IMG/VR virus record: IMGVR_UViG_3300036770_008442
Span: 64,255 to 128,254 of that record
Reading direction: 5' to 3' (one strand)
DNA from: a virus
Length of the DNA stretch: 64,000 bases
In this document: positions 49,301 through 58,272 of the stretch, piece by piece
How the letters are laid out: each line of letters begins with the position of its first letter
How positions within the stretch are numbered: the first letter of the stretch is position 1
Program-made: the position numbers and the translations under genes
The notes under the pieces: generated by a model
What the model saw: the letters and a program-made list of their open reading frames with translations, nothing else
The model's database searches: none
What the model was told of the DNA's origin: nothing

Positions 49301-49642
49301 TCCAAAATAATTGACAACGTCTGCTGTTGAGCTATCGATGTCATTATTTAAAGCAAGTAGGTTTAGCGCGAAAACGGGACCTGTTGATAAACAAGCAAAA
49401 ATAGATCTATGAAAGAAAGATCCCTTTGCCTCTAGTGTTTTATCTATATCACCAAAAATAGCCACCGCTGTAGTGACATCCGGTAAATAAACAGGAGCAT
49501 TAAATGGTCCCTTGTTGGAAAATCCAACTACTAACCTAATTGTTTGTGACGTCAGAATAATATTTTCCGAAGCGTCGAATTCTAGAGTGTAAACACCCGA
49601 GGCTTTGAATTGTGATAAATCAAGTTTGATTTTCTTTGCCAT
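46385..49642 (-). CDS. gp18: Tail sheath protein, gp18 family, with a large insertion (1085 aa)
   Basis: SGVYTLEFD, GFSNKGPFNAP, C-terminal VPP, AG..RG, LNP...G.VIFGNQT, VHVRDLL, FDFN, NTPAIID. Confidence 0.93.
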   Translation of the reverse strand: MAKKIKLDLSQFKASGVYTLEFDASENIILTSQTIRLVVGFSNKGPFNAPVYLPDVTTAVAIFGDIDKTLEAKGSFFHRSIFACLSTGPVFALNLLALNNDIDSSTADVVNYFGYSVDTEQSNGVLTSRLYSSFFNKERFWFADPEYFLATMSSVDTGRIFNLVNLGKESMSVIVRKSTDATPPLQGFDVFAVDWYGADNVPSFMHPYDYISDYFIDVIAVSGDWTDYETLSLDPRWSSYFTRNGFIKSQIVSFLSQPDVNIVVNQTGCLIPDFVDLNGNNQYIQTLINNNTPSTGLFCAVDEQALDNICSNPYKIDLVGNHLIDELTSDRDLVDARLNFLSYDQNLLADYLYSQNVNTITDSATGATASIKTGSLFTLYSGGATAGIATSNFDSYDPALKYGGLHYIVTSSSGTLTSVQKQSLVEFATPTATSQPYIIGKLTGIVGLTGTVINQFSENDLVKLKISGAIETGGNVLLTFSHPLDTPSYSAQGISVEPYADLDGATGDVNPGYFQIVASDYLDIVSVASVTGGTASNALIGQIETPFYQDLLYGELADGDQLWLNDTGTSINYITYQNTVDRDQYNISYARAFNNEARQNPSQLEDYPAFGSVYASDNIGNTVSAGKTDIVSSVGSINQYVSVVTKIDPTNFTISSSPSSPISVGDLLVSTDLDICETEGANRQGRLTKVTSVAQTSTAGIVKVTTARPVLYYAGSPLQVQKFKSIPQFTRSFDFTYLNGFTMKDSHRPNGTDARVSEILDVMYDTNIAATLATKDVISFRYIVDTFSGQILPNSKYQLSKLAMMRQKALALINAPSMAQFRSSTDPRFTNAPTPANPAPSLQAQYISEGGNLSLNPSYTFSLPTEDQGAKFAAFYTPYLTIRENNKNINVPPAAYISNNFVRKFSNGEPYNIIAGQKRGIISATNLVGVEYDFTDSDRGWLEPVGLNPLIKKRGIGVVIFGNQTAYQTVNSAFNLVHVRDLLISLESDVEEILANYLFDFNEDSIRLEIKTLVDNYLDGVRAGGGIYAYQVIMDSSNNTPAIIDQNIGIIDVIIEPARGIQKFINRVTVTRTGGISSGGFIQFV

Positions 49643-49669
49643 TACTGTTCAAAAGATATTTTTGCTTTG

Positions 49670-49677
49670 TATATATC
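49670..49677 (-). promoter_or_regulatory. Late promoter motif GATATATA (sheath operon; second copy at 49723-49730)
   Basis: Two octamers in the terminase-sheath intergenic gap. Confidence 0.65.
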
Positions 49678-49747
49678 TAAGAAAGGGATCCATAAAAAGA
49701 TACGATCTCCACTTTCTTTTTCTATATATCAAAAGAAAATATGACTT

Positions 49748-51541
49748 TTACAACAGTTGGCTGAACGATGAATAAAATCCTCCTTCTTTCGTTCCACTTT
49801 CGTTCGTATTTCCTCCATTTAGCTTTGAATCTATCAAATCCCTATACTCATCCTCTAAAGAATCATACATTTCCCCAATCATATCATAAAAAGCGGAGGA
49901 TTCAAAAATCGAACTAATGTTAACTATTGTCATGGCGACGTCATCATGACCAGTCTGGCTGGAATAAGTCCCACTAGAATTTAGACCAAATGAAAAAAGC
50001 TCAGGGATAGTCCAATCTTTTTCATTAATAATGATTTTATTGGATCGGATAAGGGATCTTACTATCTCGCAATATTTAAGCTTATTTTTCTCATTGTATT
50101 TAATGCCGGGCTTTAGAGATTTAGAAGATTCCGAATGTTTGGTGTGGATGATAATCTCCTGTGAAAGATCATCATTTACAAGCAATTTATCCAACAGGAA
50201 TTCGCCCTTGAAATTAACCTCCATTAGGATTTTAATATTTTCAGGATTAAAAACTTTGACAATCAGACATTCTAGGAGTCTTCTAAAATCCTCTATTTGG
50301 ATTTCATTATCCCGATAAACCCCAACTTGAAGGAGTCCAAAGAAATCAGATTCGTCATTGAACTCCCTGGTGTTTTCTATTACTTTTCTAGGCAGAGGAA
50401 CAACCTTGAAAACATTTAAGACAGTAAAATCCCCTCTGCTCCCCCCTGCCAAATCTATGGAGATAATAAATCTATTTCTTTCTAATACTTCACCCTCCAA
50501 TTGAAACTTAGGATGCCATTTAAAATTTTCATAGGATAGACCTAAATCATGAAGCACATCTATCTCTTTCCAGACGTATTCAGTTTCATTGAATTTCATT
50601 TTTCTGAGCTCATTAGAACCCAATAAAAGCGTAGATGAACTTAAAAACTGATTACCGTATTCCTGATTGAAAAGTTCTTGTGATCCAAGGTTAGAGACCT
50701 CTTTTTTTTTCCATTCTTCATCCCTTCCTGGAACTTGCCACCAATCAACCCGAATAGGATTAAAACTATTTTCTCCCCTAAGTGCTCCTTGATAAATCTC
50801 ATAAAACTTATTCATCCCATTGGGAGTAGAAGTAATGATTATTCGAGATACATTAGAGGAGGATACAGTAGGATATGTAGATCTGAAGAAAGATTCAATA
50901 AAATTTGGATGAATGTGTGCAAACTCATCCATATAAAGAAAGTGGATCGTAAAACCGATCGCTGAGGTTTTAGTGGTTGTTTTCGCGATTGCCCTGCAGC
51001 CATTATCAAATTTCATGGACATCACATTATTTACGATGATACCAGGTTTTAAGAACCATGGAAGTCCCTTAACAATGGATTTAATCTTATCCATTAATTC
51101 TTCTGCAGTTGAACCCACGTTTGCTAATATCATAGCATTTTTATCGTGATTGAAAAGCAGATACCATACTAAAATAATAGCAGAGGTAATAGATTTACCA
51201 ACTTGTCTGGGTGCTAAAAAAATATTAAATCTATGAGCCTGATATTCTCTTAAAACAGATTCTTGATAGTCTCTAAGTTTAACGTAAAAAAGTCCATCGT
51301 CAGTCATAACTCTGCAATATTTAGCAAAATAAACGACGTCCTTTGCACACTTCTGCATTTCTAGAATCTCCTCCTCTGTATATTGCCAGAGTAGATTTGA
51401 TCTTTTTAATTCAGGATCACCGTCATGAAATGGGTTGTCTACTGATTTATAATCCAGACCTTGCTCTTCTATCTCATAAAGAAGTCTTTCTACTTTTTTA
51501 GTACTCCAATAATTAGAGCTTATTTCTTCAGGTTCGTTCAT
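49748..51541 (-). CDS. gp17: Terminase large subunit (gp17)
   Basis: LRDYQ, PRQVGKS Walker A, YMDEFA Walker B, TSTPNGMNKFY, QEYG, IDLAGG..GDF, HDDVAM. Confidence 0.95.
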   Translation of the reverse strand: MNEPEEISSNYWSTKKVERLLYEIEEQGLDYKSVDNPFHDGDPELKRSNLLWQYTEEEILEMQKCAKDVVYFAKYCRVMTDDGLFYVKLRDYQESVLREYQAHRFNIFLAPRQVGKSITSAIILVWYLLFNHDKNAMILANVGSTAEELMDKIKSIVKGLPWFLKPGIIVNNVMSMKFDNGCRAIAKTTTKTSAIGFTIHFLYMDEFAHIHPNFIESFFRSTYPTVSSSNVSRIIITSTPNGMNKFYEIYQGALRGENSFNPIRVDWWQVPGRDEEWKKKEVSNLGSQELFNQEYGNQFLSSSTLLLGSNELRKMKFNETEYVWKEIDVLHDLGLSYENFKWHPKFQLEGEVLERNRFIISIDLAGGSRGDFTVLNVFKVVPLPRKVIENTREFNDESDFFGLLQVGVYRDNEIQIEDFRRLLECLIVKVFNPENIKILMEVNFKGEFLLDKLLVNDDLSQEIIIHTKHSESSKSLKPGIKYNEKNKLKYCEIVRSLIRSNKIIINEKDWTIPELFSFGLNSSGTYSSQTGHDDVAMTIVNISSIFESSAFYDMIGEMYDSLEDEYRDLIDSKLNGGNTNESGTKEGGFYSSFSQLL

Positions 51542-51549
51542 AGATATTT

Positions 51550-52317
51550 TTAATTAAAAAGATCATCATCAATTTGCAGCGAGTCTTCGTCATCTGGGGA
51601 TTCATTTTCTGAATCAATCTGAGATTTTTTTCGGGCATTAACAACAGAGTTTTCATTCTGTTCATCGTCAATCTTGATGTCTTCAATTTCAGTTCCAATG
51701 ATATCACGAAGTCCCTCCATTAATCCCTTGGTTCCTCTAACTCTAATTCCAGTATCATTCTTAAATTTATCATAGACTCCAGATCCATCATCGCCTTGTT
51801 CCAACTGAACAATTCCTTTGTCTATTTTTTGCTCTATCTGAGATTGCAATTTCTTGTATCCCTGTTCCATTTTATCAAGGTATGCTTGATAATCTTTGGG
51901 CATTTGCATGATTTGAGATTGAAGCTGAGCTAAAACTTCAAACATTCTGGGATTACTATTTCCCATATCAATCTCTTCCAACAGCTTAGTAATAGCGTGT
52001 TGAGCAGTCTTTAGCTGAAGCATCATAGAAGCTAAATTAGTTGAATCAGCTTTTTTCTTATATTCGATGTAATCTGCTTGACTTATTAAATTATCATCTA
52101 TGTAAAATCTAACAACCGAATCTAATAGGGATTTTGCATCCCCTCCAGTTGTTTGGGTAGCATCAGTAAAATTGAGCATACCGATGGATTTAATTCGGGG
52201 TATATCTTCAGAGGTGACGGATTCTATTTTAAAATTCTCATCATTCATGATGGAATCCAATGAAGCCTTCAGCTGCTCCTGTAGAATCTTCTCAGATTTT
52301 GGTTGTCTTCTAGGCAT
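51550..52317 (-). CDS. Hypothetical helical protein, candidate terminase small subunit
   Basis: Directly upstream of gp17; PRMFEVLAQL resembles the gp16 PR.YEV motif. Confidence 0.5.
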   Translation of the reverse strand: MPRRQPKSEKILQEQLKASLDSIMNDENFKIESVTSEDIPRIKSIGMLNFTDATQTTGGDAKSLLDSVVRFYIDDNLISQADYIEYKKKADSTNLASMMLQLKTAQHAITKLLEEIDMGNSNPRMFEVLAQLQSQIMQMPKDYQAYLDKMEQGYKKLQSQIEQKIDKGIVQLEQGDDGSGVYDKFKNDTGIRVRGTKGLMEGLRDIIGTEIEDIKIDDEQNENSVVNARKKSQIDSENESPDDEDSLQIDDDLFN

Positions 52318-52336
52318 ATTAATTTTTTAGAGGATC

Positions 52337-54880
52337 TTATTTATTTCGAGCAAATTTTGAGAGAACGAGCTTGGGTTTGGCGTTATCAATAATATAAGCT
52401 AGCTGTTCGTCCCTAACTACATTCTGATTTAAAACAATAGATTGCTTATCAATATCTATCATATTCTTAAAAAGTCTGATATTACTAAGCAAAACAGGGG
52501 ATGTCCAAATTTTATAGGAATTGGAATCTGTTCCATAAAGAGGATTATTGGGATCCGTAATTATCTCAGAGGGAGCATTAAAAGTGTAAGACTTAGACAA
52601 TGATCTATAGTCCTCGTGGACCTTGACCAGATCACTAGATTGCTCTGTCGGATTGGTTGGATCATAGGACATTTTCCAGATATTAATCCCCATTTGACGG
52701 TATTTATTAGATATATTAACAACAAGTCCATACCATTCACCCTGCTCAGGTACGAACTGAAGTCGAGAATCGTATGTTAGTTCATTTAGGTTTATCTGAA
52801 TACTACCTTGCTGAATAAAATTATTATTAGCAGGGAGATTAGTTCCGGAATGAACAATGTCTATTCGTAATCCTTGGGTAGTAAAATCAGGTCCGATATA
52901 AGTTCCATCGATCAGATTTCGGGCCTGGGCTTTTTGCATCTTATAGGGAAGAGGATTGGATTGATACGGAAGATTGGGATTAGGAATTGTGAATCTATAT
53001 TCGTCAGGAGTGGCTAAAACCTTAAATCCCCCGGAATGATTAGAATCAATTTGAACTGACACATAACCTTCCGGATTTCCTGAAAAATCAAGAAAGGGAG
53101 AAAGACCGTGCTTATAGGGATGGGTTGAAAATAGTATATTAGAACTATTTTCAGAAATTTTTGTTATACCAAGAGGGGAAAATGGTTTTTTGGAAAGACT
53201 ATTTTCATTGACATAATTTTTCAGACTAAACCAGCATGTATATGCTATTTCCCCTTCATTATCCAGAAATGGCATGTTTTTGTACTTAACCGCAGTTCTG
53301 TATTTATTAGGTTCATAGATAAATTCACTATCAGAAACAAAAGCATCAGACATGTCATAATAGTTATTGAAAACTATCGTCCAATTGTTATTTAGATCAT
53401 ATCCAATAATTGGCAGTTTATCATAGATATAAGATCTAGCAGGATCATCCTCCCTTCTTTGACTAGAGGTAACATATTGTTGGGGTTTGGTAATTTTTAA
53501 TTCCTCTGACTCAACTTCGGATCCAAATAGTTTTTCTGTGGTAACTACTATCCCATCCAATTCTTCCTTATATGCAGGATCCCTAAAATAGGTGTTTGAT
53601 TTTGGATTGTATTTTTTGAGCTCAACCTTAAAATAAACTGGGGAATACATGAAATCTCTGAACAAATAAGTAGAATTGATCTCATAAATTCTATTAGTGA
53701 AAGGAAAATATATGATGTCCCTTTTTCTGGGTTGAGCCCCTCTACCAAAAATACTCTCAAAATAAACCTTATCTATATGAACCTCAAAAGGCTCCTCAAA
53801 TTGAATTCCAAAAGGGTCGTAATTAACCTTGGAGTCAGGAAACATATTAGAAGGAACGACTACCTTTACACACTTCTCGTCGACGACGTTAAAAAGGGTG
53901 TATTCCTTGAGCACAACGTCTTTTCCTCGAGCCTGAGGTTGAACTGAATAATAATTTGTATCAAAACCAAATACCTTATTGACAATCAGGCTCAGATCCT
54001 TGTAGAGATTAACAGCTTTGTTAATAGCATAAGGATTAAAAGTGAAATTACAATCATCAAAAACAACAGGCCTGTTTGATTTTTCAGCAGAACAGTTTGG
54101 GATCGGTTTGGGTATGATGGGTCCTACAGGACCATTGGGATCCGTTGCATAAACCAAATCCAAGTTAAAATCGACTATAACTACAGAAGGATCAATAGGT
54201 TCATCAGATTCATAAGCTATGGATCCATCGGGATTCAAAACAACTGAGGTGAATCTGAATTCCGGATAAAATGGTTTTTCAGGATCTAAGGGTATAGAGA
54301 ATATATTCGAATCTAAATTGGAGGTATAATTCTGAGAAACCCCGGTTAAAGCAGTTCCAACATTAGTCCAAAGAGACCATGAATTGCCATCGACAGAATA
54401 CCTAAAATCAATCGCTATATCATTAGCTATATCAGAATTTGATTCACCATTAAGAAAAACAGATTCATTCACAAAAGCACCAGCCACGTCTATGATCCAA
54501 CCATCAAAAGATTGAACCCCTCTAAACGGGGAATCCCAGGACAAAACCCGATAATTCCCTATATAAGTGAAATTTAGAGCACTCTCTAATTGTTCTATTC
54601 TCTGGGAATACCACTCGGGGGTTTCACAAGGAACATAATAATAAATTCCATCTGAAGCAAGAGCAGTATGATATCCATTACACCCCAATTGAACTGCTCT
54701 TGCCAAAGCAGCTCCTGTAGTTCCATAATAATTTCTCGTTGATGAATCTACTATTTTTTCAGTATTAGCTAATTCATCCTGATATCTAAATCTAGGATCA
54801 GACAGGTTTTTTTGATCCCCGTTGCCGTCATAAATGGGAATTCCTCTTTTAGGAGGTCTATTTTCTGGTGTAAATGGCAT
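52337..54880 (-). CDS. Neck/head-closure protein (gp14-like) with extra beta-sandwich domains
   Basis: DVVLKEY...FGIQFEEPFEVHIDK..FE.......PRKRDIIYFPFTNRIYEI core; LamG-like C-terminus; GATATATA at 54924-54931. Confidence 0.65.
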   Translation of the reverse strand: MPFTPENRPPKRGIPIYDGNGDQKNLSDPRFRYQDELANTEKIVDSSTRNYYGTTGAALARAVQLGCNGYHTALASDGIYYYVPCETPEWYSQRIEQLESALNFTYIGNYRVLSWDSPFRGVQSFDGWIIDVAGAFVNESVFLNGESNSDIANDIAIDFRYSVDGNSWSLWTNVGTALTGVSQNYTSNLDSNIFSIPLDPEKPFYPEFRFTSVVLNPDGSIAYESDEPIDPSVVIVDFNLDLVYATDPNGPVGPIIPKPIPNCSAEKSNRPVVFDDCNFTFNPYAINKAVNLYKDLSLIVNKVFGFDTNYYSVQPQARGKDVVLKEYTLFNVVDEKCVKVVVPSNMFPDSKVNYDPFGIQFEEPFEVHIDKVYFESIFGRGAQPRKRDIIYFPFTNRIYEINSTYLFRDFMYSPVYFKVELKKYNPKSNTYFRDPAYKEELDGIVVTTEKLFGSEVESEELKITKPQQYVTSSQRREDDPARSYIYDKLPIIGYDLNNNWTIVFNNYYDMSDAFVSDSEFIYEPNKYRTAVKYKNMPFLDNEGEIAYTCWFSLKNYVNENSLSKKPFSPLGITKISENSSNILFSTHPYKHGLSPFLDFSGNPEGYVSVQIDSNHSGGFKVLATPDEYRFTIPNPNLPYQSNPLPYKMQKAQARNLIDGTYIGPDFTTQGLRIDIVHSGTNLPANNNFIQQGSIQINLNELTYDSRLQFVPEQGEWYGLVVNISNKYRQMGINIWKMSYDPTNPTEQSSDLVKVHEDYRSLSKSYTFNAPSEIITDPNNPLYGTDSNSYKIWTSPVLLSNIRLFKNMIDIDKQSIVLNQNVVRDEQLAYIIDNAKPKLVLSKFARNK

Positions 54881-54946
54881 AAATTGGATATAATATTTGA
54901 GACCTGTCGGTTAGGTCTTCATTTATATATCCAGATTCAAAAGATC

Positions 54947-56128
54947 TTAAAGCCTCTCTTCCCAAATTAGCTTATCAATAGCATCCTGAACCATCTTGGG
55001 AGTGATGGAGGTAGTACAGAGAAATCGATCCGGAGTTTCTTTAAGTCTAGGACACCAGTTCCAATCACCCCTGTCAAATTTATGGGCAGGATCATTGAAG
55101 CATCCATGACAAACAGATTTATTAATCACCCGGTAGTTCTTATGAGTAAATTCGCACTTGGGTAAAGAAAAACCAGAAATCATCACAACGGGTTTATGAA
55201 GAGCCCAAGCAAGCCAGGATAATCCAGATCCAATCCCGATAAAAAATTCACAGTGATAAAGATCTATAGCACGTTGGAGAATCCCAATTTCACCAGATTT
55301 ATCCAGAATACCGTTCAGTTCAGCTGGCTGTTTTTGAATTAAAACCGGGGTATATCCCAAAGAAATAACATAATCCACCACAGATTGCCATCCTGAAGGA
55401 TAATGCCAATGTTTGGCATTTGCAGTTGATTCTATTGCTATACAAACGTACTTACCATCAATGGTGGGCTTACTGTTTTTAATAAGATCCGGAACTTCCG
55501 GAAATAAAATATCCCCATTAAAATCAATTCCAACATGATCTCCTGCAACTTGCTGCAGAGAAATAGTTCTTGGATCTCTTTTATGTTTATTCTCATCATC
55601 CTCGTCATACCAGCCTATCCCAAATACAGCCTCTGTGTTTCTTTCCCGATATCCAGGTGGAAAAAATCTAATGTCTGGATAAAAAAGAGTCAAAAGATCG
55701 TTCCAGAAAGTTGTGACGTAAAGATCACATGAATATTTCTCTTTTAATTTGTGCACAACAGGGATCCATGCGAGAGTATCTCCTAGGGAAGAACTGTCGA
55801 AAGAAACCCCGATTTTAGATCCATGTAATGAATTTTCTAGATCGTATCGATAAACAAGTTCATCCTGGACATAGCATTCACCGATCCATGGATAAAACCA
55901 TTTTCTGAATAAACTTGTGTACATTCCTGAGGATGTATCCCCTTGATAGACAACACTCCCGGATAATTTATCGATAAATTTAACCACTGCAGAGCCAGAA
56001 GCCTTAGATCCCTTGGCATCAATTCTTGGACCATAGTCAAAAACAAATTGAAAATCAAGAGGTCTTTTGAAATGAAGATCTCCAGCTTTTTTATTATCTA
56101 AATAAACTTTAATGCCTCTGTTTTTCAT
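54947..56128 (-). CDS. Autotransporter-type protein O-heptosyltransferase (Aah/TibC, BAHT family)
   Basis: SLGDTLAWIP, STANAKHW...GW, FFIGIGSGLSWLAWA...PVVMISGFS...EF, iron-finger VCHGCFND...FD..DWNWCPR...FLCT. Confidence 0.88.
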   Translation of the reverse strand: MKNRGIKVYLDNKKAGDLHFKRPLDFQFVFDYGPRIDAKGSKASGSAVVKFIDKLSGSVVYQGDTSSGMYTSLFRKWFYPWIGECYVQDELVYRYDLENSLHGSKIGVSFDSSSLGDTLAWIPVVHKLKEKYSCDLYVTTFWNDLLTLFYPDIRFFPPGYRERNTEAVFGIGWYDEDDENKHKRDPRTISLQQVAGDHVGIDFNGDILFPEVPDLIKNSKPTIDGKYVCIAIESTANAKHWHYPSGWQSVVDYVISLGYTPVLIQKQPAELNGILDKSGEIGILQRAIDLYHCEFFIGIGSGLSWLAWALHKPVVMISGFSLPKCEFTHKNYRVINKSVCHGCFNDPAHKFDRGDWNWCPRLKETPDRFLCTTSITPKMVQDAIDKLIWEERL

Positions 56129-57180
56129 CTTAATTGAAGAATTTGAAGAATAGAATTGATATCTTTTTGAACATCCTCATAGGGACCGGACTGAGAAAGA
56201 TAGGTCACCAAAGGATTATTGTCATAGCTATCCATATAAGGCTCCAGTCTTCTCATAAGAACAGGAAGATTCCAAGAAAGAGTCTCCTTAATAACAATCG
56301 GATTTAATTCCCACACAGAAGTAAAAACGAAAAGATCCGCTGCCTGGTAAAAGTTATCCACATCATTTCTTTCGCCCCAAATTCTACAATTACCAGGAAC
56401 GTTTTTCATTAAAGGGGACCAATAGTCAGAAAAATTTGGAGCTTGATTTCCGATGAAATGAAATTCTATTGGATAATCCTCCATTTTTCTGGCAATGTCC
56501 ATCAGGTATCCTTGGTTTTTACCAGGAGTAAAAAGTCCCACATTGATAATGTGCTTCTTATGAGCATCAAGTCCCAAGAGAGATAAAGCCTCCTGCCGTG
56601 GTGGACGTTGATAATTTTCTATTGGATATTCTAAAATATCTAAAGGGGTATCCAACTCAGAAAACTTATTCACCATCCACTGATTAACCATTACAAATTT
56701 ATCAGGTCTCCAAGTTTTATCATATGGAGAAATATTTGAGCTGTGACAAGTTTCATAGATATAATAAGGACGAGAACTATCAAAGATTTTCTCTATAATC
56801 GACTCATCCACAAAAAACTCTACAAAATCATCGAAATGAATGATATCTGGACAAATATCCTGGATCAGGTCCAGAATTTTATTCTTGTCTTCACCTAGAG
56901 TAAAAAACCGATCCCCAAGCATTCCCTGAATTCGGTTTCTCTGAACCACGTATTCATCAGACACGTTGCTATATTCAATACAGAATATTTCAGCCTGATC
57001 TAGAAAACACTCTATTTTTTTACAAAGGTATTGAGGCATCCCACCAGTAGACAGATGCGGAGCAACATAGAGAATTCTGGGTCTATCCCCAGAAGCCAAC
57101 TTGATCCTATTCTCCAGATCTGCTAGAGTTTTGGATAGTCCATATTTAATTTTTCTAAGTTCTGTAGATGTATTCATCAT
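56125..57180 (-). CDS. Glycosyltransferase family 4
   Basis: PHLSTGGMPQY, NVGLFTPGKNQ, DLFVFTSVWELNPIVIKE (Ex7E). Confidence 0.85.
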   Translation of the reverse strand: MMNTSTELRKIKYGLSKTLADLENRIKLASGDRPRILYVAPHLSTGGMPQYLCKKIECFLDQAEIFCIEYSNVSDEYVVQRNRIQGMLGDRFFTLGEDKNKILDLIQDICPDIIHFDDFVEFFVDESIIEKIFDSSRPYYIYETCHSSNISPYDKTWRPDKFVMVNQWMVNKFSELDTPLDILEYPIENYQRPPRQEALSLLGLDAHKKHIINVGLFTPGKNQGYLMDIARKMEDYPIEFHFIGNQAPNFSDYWSPLMKNVPGNCRIWGERNDVDNFYQAADLFVFTSVWELNPIVIKETLSWNLPVLMRRLEPYMDSYDNNPLVTYLSQSGPYEDVQKDINSILQILQLR

Positions 57181-57452
57181 GAATTTTTAGTGTAAACTCC
57201 AGTGGCAAAATCCAACTGGCCTTCTCCATATCTACCTACAATATCTTCGGTTAGAGATCTTTCTAATTCACCAAGTTCAAGAGATTTTTTAAGCCCCTCT
57301 GAAATATTATCACTCAGAACCTGGAGTTCATTTTCTAGGAAATACTTTTGAATATTAAGTTTTCCAATGATCTCGACATTTTCCCTGATTTGATCTCTTA
57401 GGTCAATGATCGATTTTAGTTCATCCTCCGATAGTTTGATTTCGTTTTCCAT
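57177..57452 (-). CDS. Small coiled-coil hypothetical protein
   Basis: Ends RYGEGQLDFATGVY; start likely MENEIK at 57452, after GAAATA-N17-TATAAT (57467-57495). Confidence 0.7.
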   Translation of the reverse strand: MENEIKLSEDELKSIIDLRDQIRENVEIIGKLNIQKYFLENELQVLSDNISEGLKKSLELGELERSLTEDIVGRYGEGQLDFATGVYTKNS

Positions 57453-57501
57453 TGTGTATTTTTTCAATTATAGACCCTATTTTTAGTTTTATTTCAGTCC
57501 T

Positions 57502-58272
57502 CTAGTCCATAGAATCCCACAATTTTTTCCAATCAATGAATTTATCTTTTTGTTCTTCAAACTGCATATGGAGGGCTAGAGATGGGATAGGGGTGAACAA
57601 AACCACATTATTTCTCCAGATTTCATTAATCGTAGTTCCCTCGTGGATATTATTCTTTTCTCCCCATTCTGTCATATATTCAGTAGCCAGAAGCTTAAAT
57701 TTTTCCCAATGTTCTCTAATTATCTCAGGAGAACAAAAGATGGAAAAAGTGGTGTATGTATTGACTCTCCAGTGTCTCTTGTCCCCTAAAACAATCCGAG
57801 TTGGGAAAATATATTCAGGCCTATAATTATCTGGATCGTCAAAAGGGTGTAAACAAACTTCCCTGCCTAGATTTCTTTTGAATGTCTGATAATCTTCTAT
57901 CATTTCCTCTAGAGCAGAAGGAAAATGTAGATAGTCATCCTCGATGAGATAGACAAGATCCGCTTTACTTTTTTTTGCCTGTGAAAAAAATTGCAGAGCA
58001 CTATAATTATGACCCGTCCTTTTCAAAGCAACGAATTGGCTTGGATGTTTAGATCCAGCCAAAATTGCTAAGATCATTTCCTTAGTTTCTGGAGTAGAAT
58101 GATCATCTAAACAGACGATCTTTGCTTCTTCGACCCTCTCTAAGGCAATAACTAAAGATTTAAGACACCTCTTAATAATCTGTTTTTTATCACTGCAGCA
58201 ATATCTCTGTTGAAGAGGATGCTCGTGAATATTCGTCCGGTCGTGAGTTCTGATAATAACTTCTAACTTCAT
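57502..58272 (-). CDS. Glycosyltransferase family 2-like (GT-A)
   Basis: CLDDHST, LVYLIEDDYLH. Confidence 0.8.
   Translation of the reverse strand: MKLEVIIRTHDRTNIHEHPLQQRYCCSDKKQIIKRCLKSLVIALERVEEAKIVCLDDHSTPETKEMILAILAGSKHPSQFVALKRTGHNYSALQFFSQAKKSKADLVYLIEDDYLHFPSALEEMIEDYQTFKRNLGREVCLHPFDDPDNYRPEYIFPTRIVLGDKRHWRVNTYTTFSIFCSPEIIREHWEKFKLLATEYMTEWGEKNNIHEGTTINEIWRNNVVLFTPIPSLALHMQFEEQKDKFIDWKKLWDSMD

Noticed and set aside
49748-51541. Intein or intron in terminase (also checked ligase, portal and clamp loader)
   Set aside because: Lengths are normal, with no intein splice motifs or ORF interruptions
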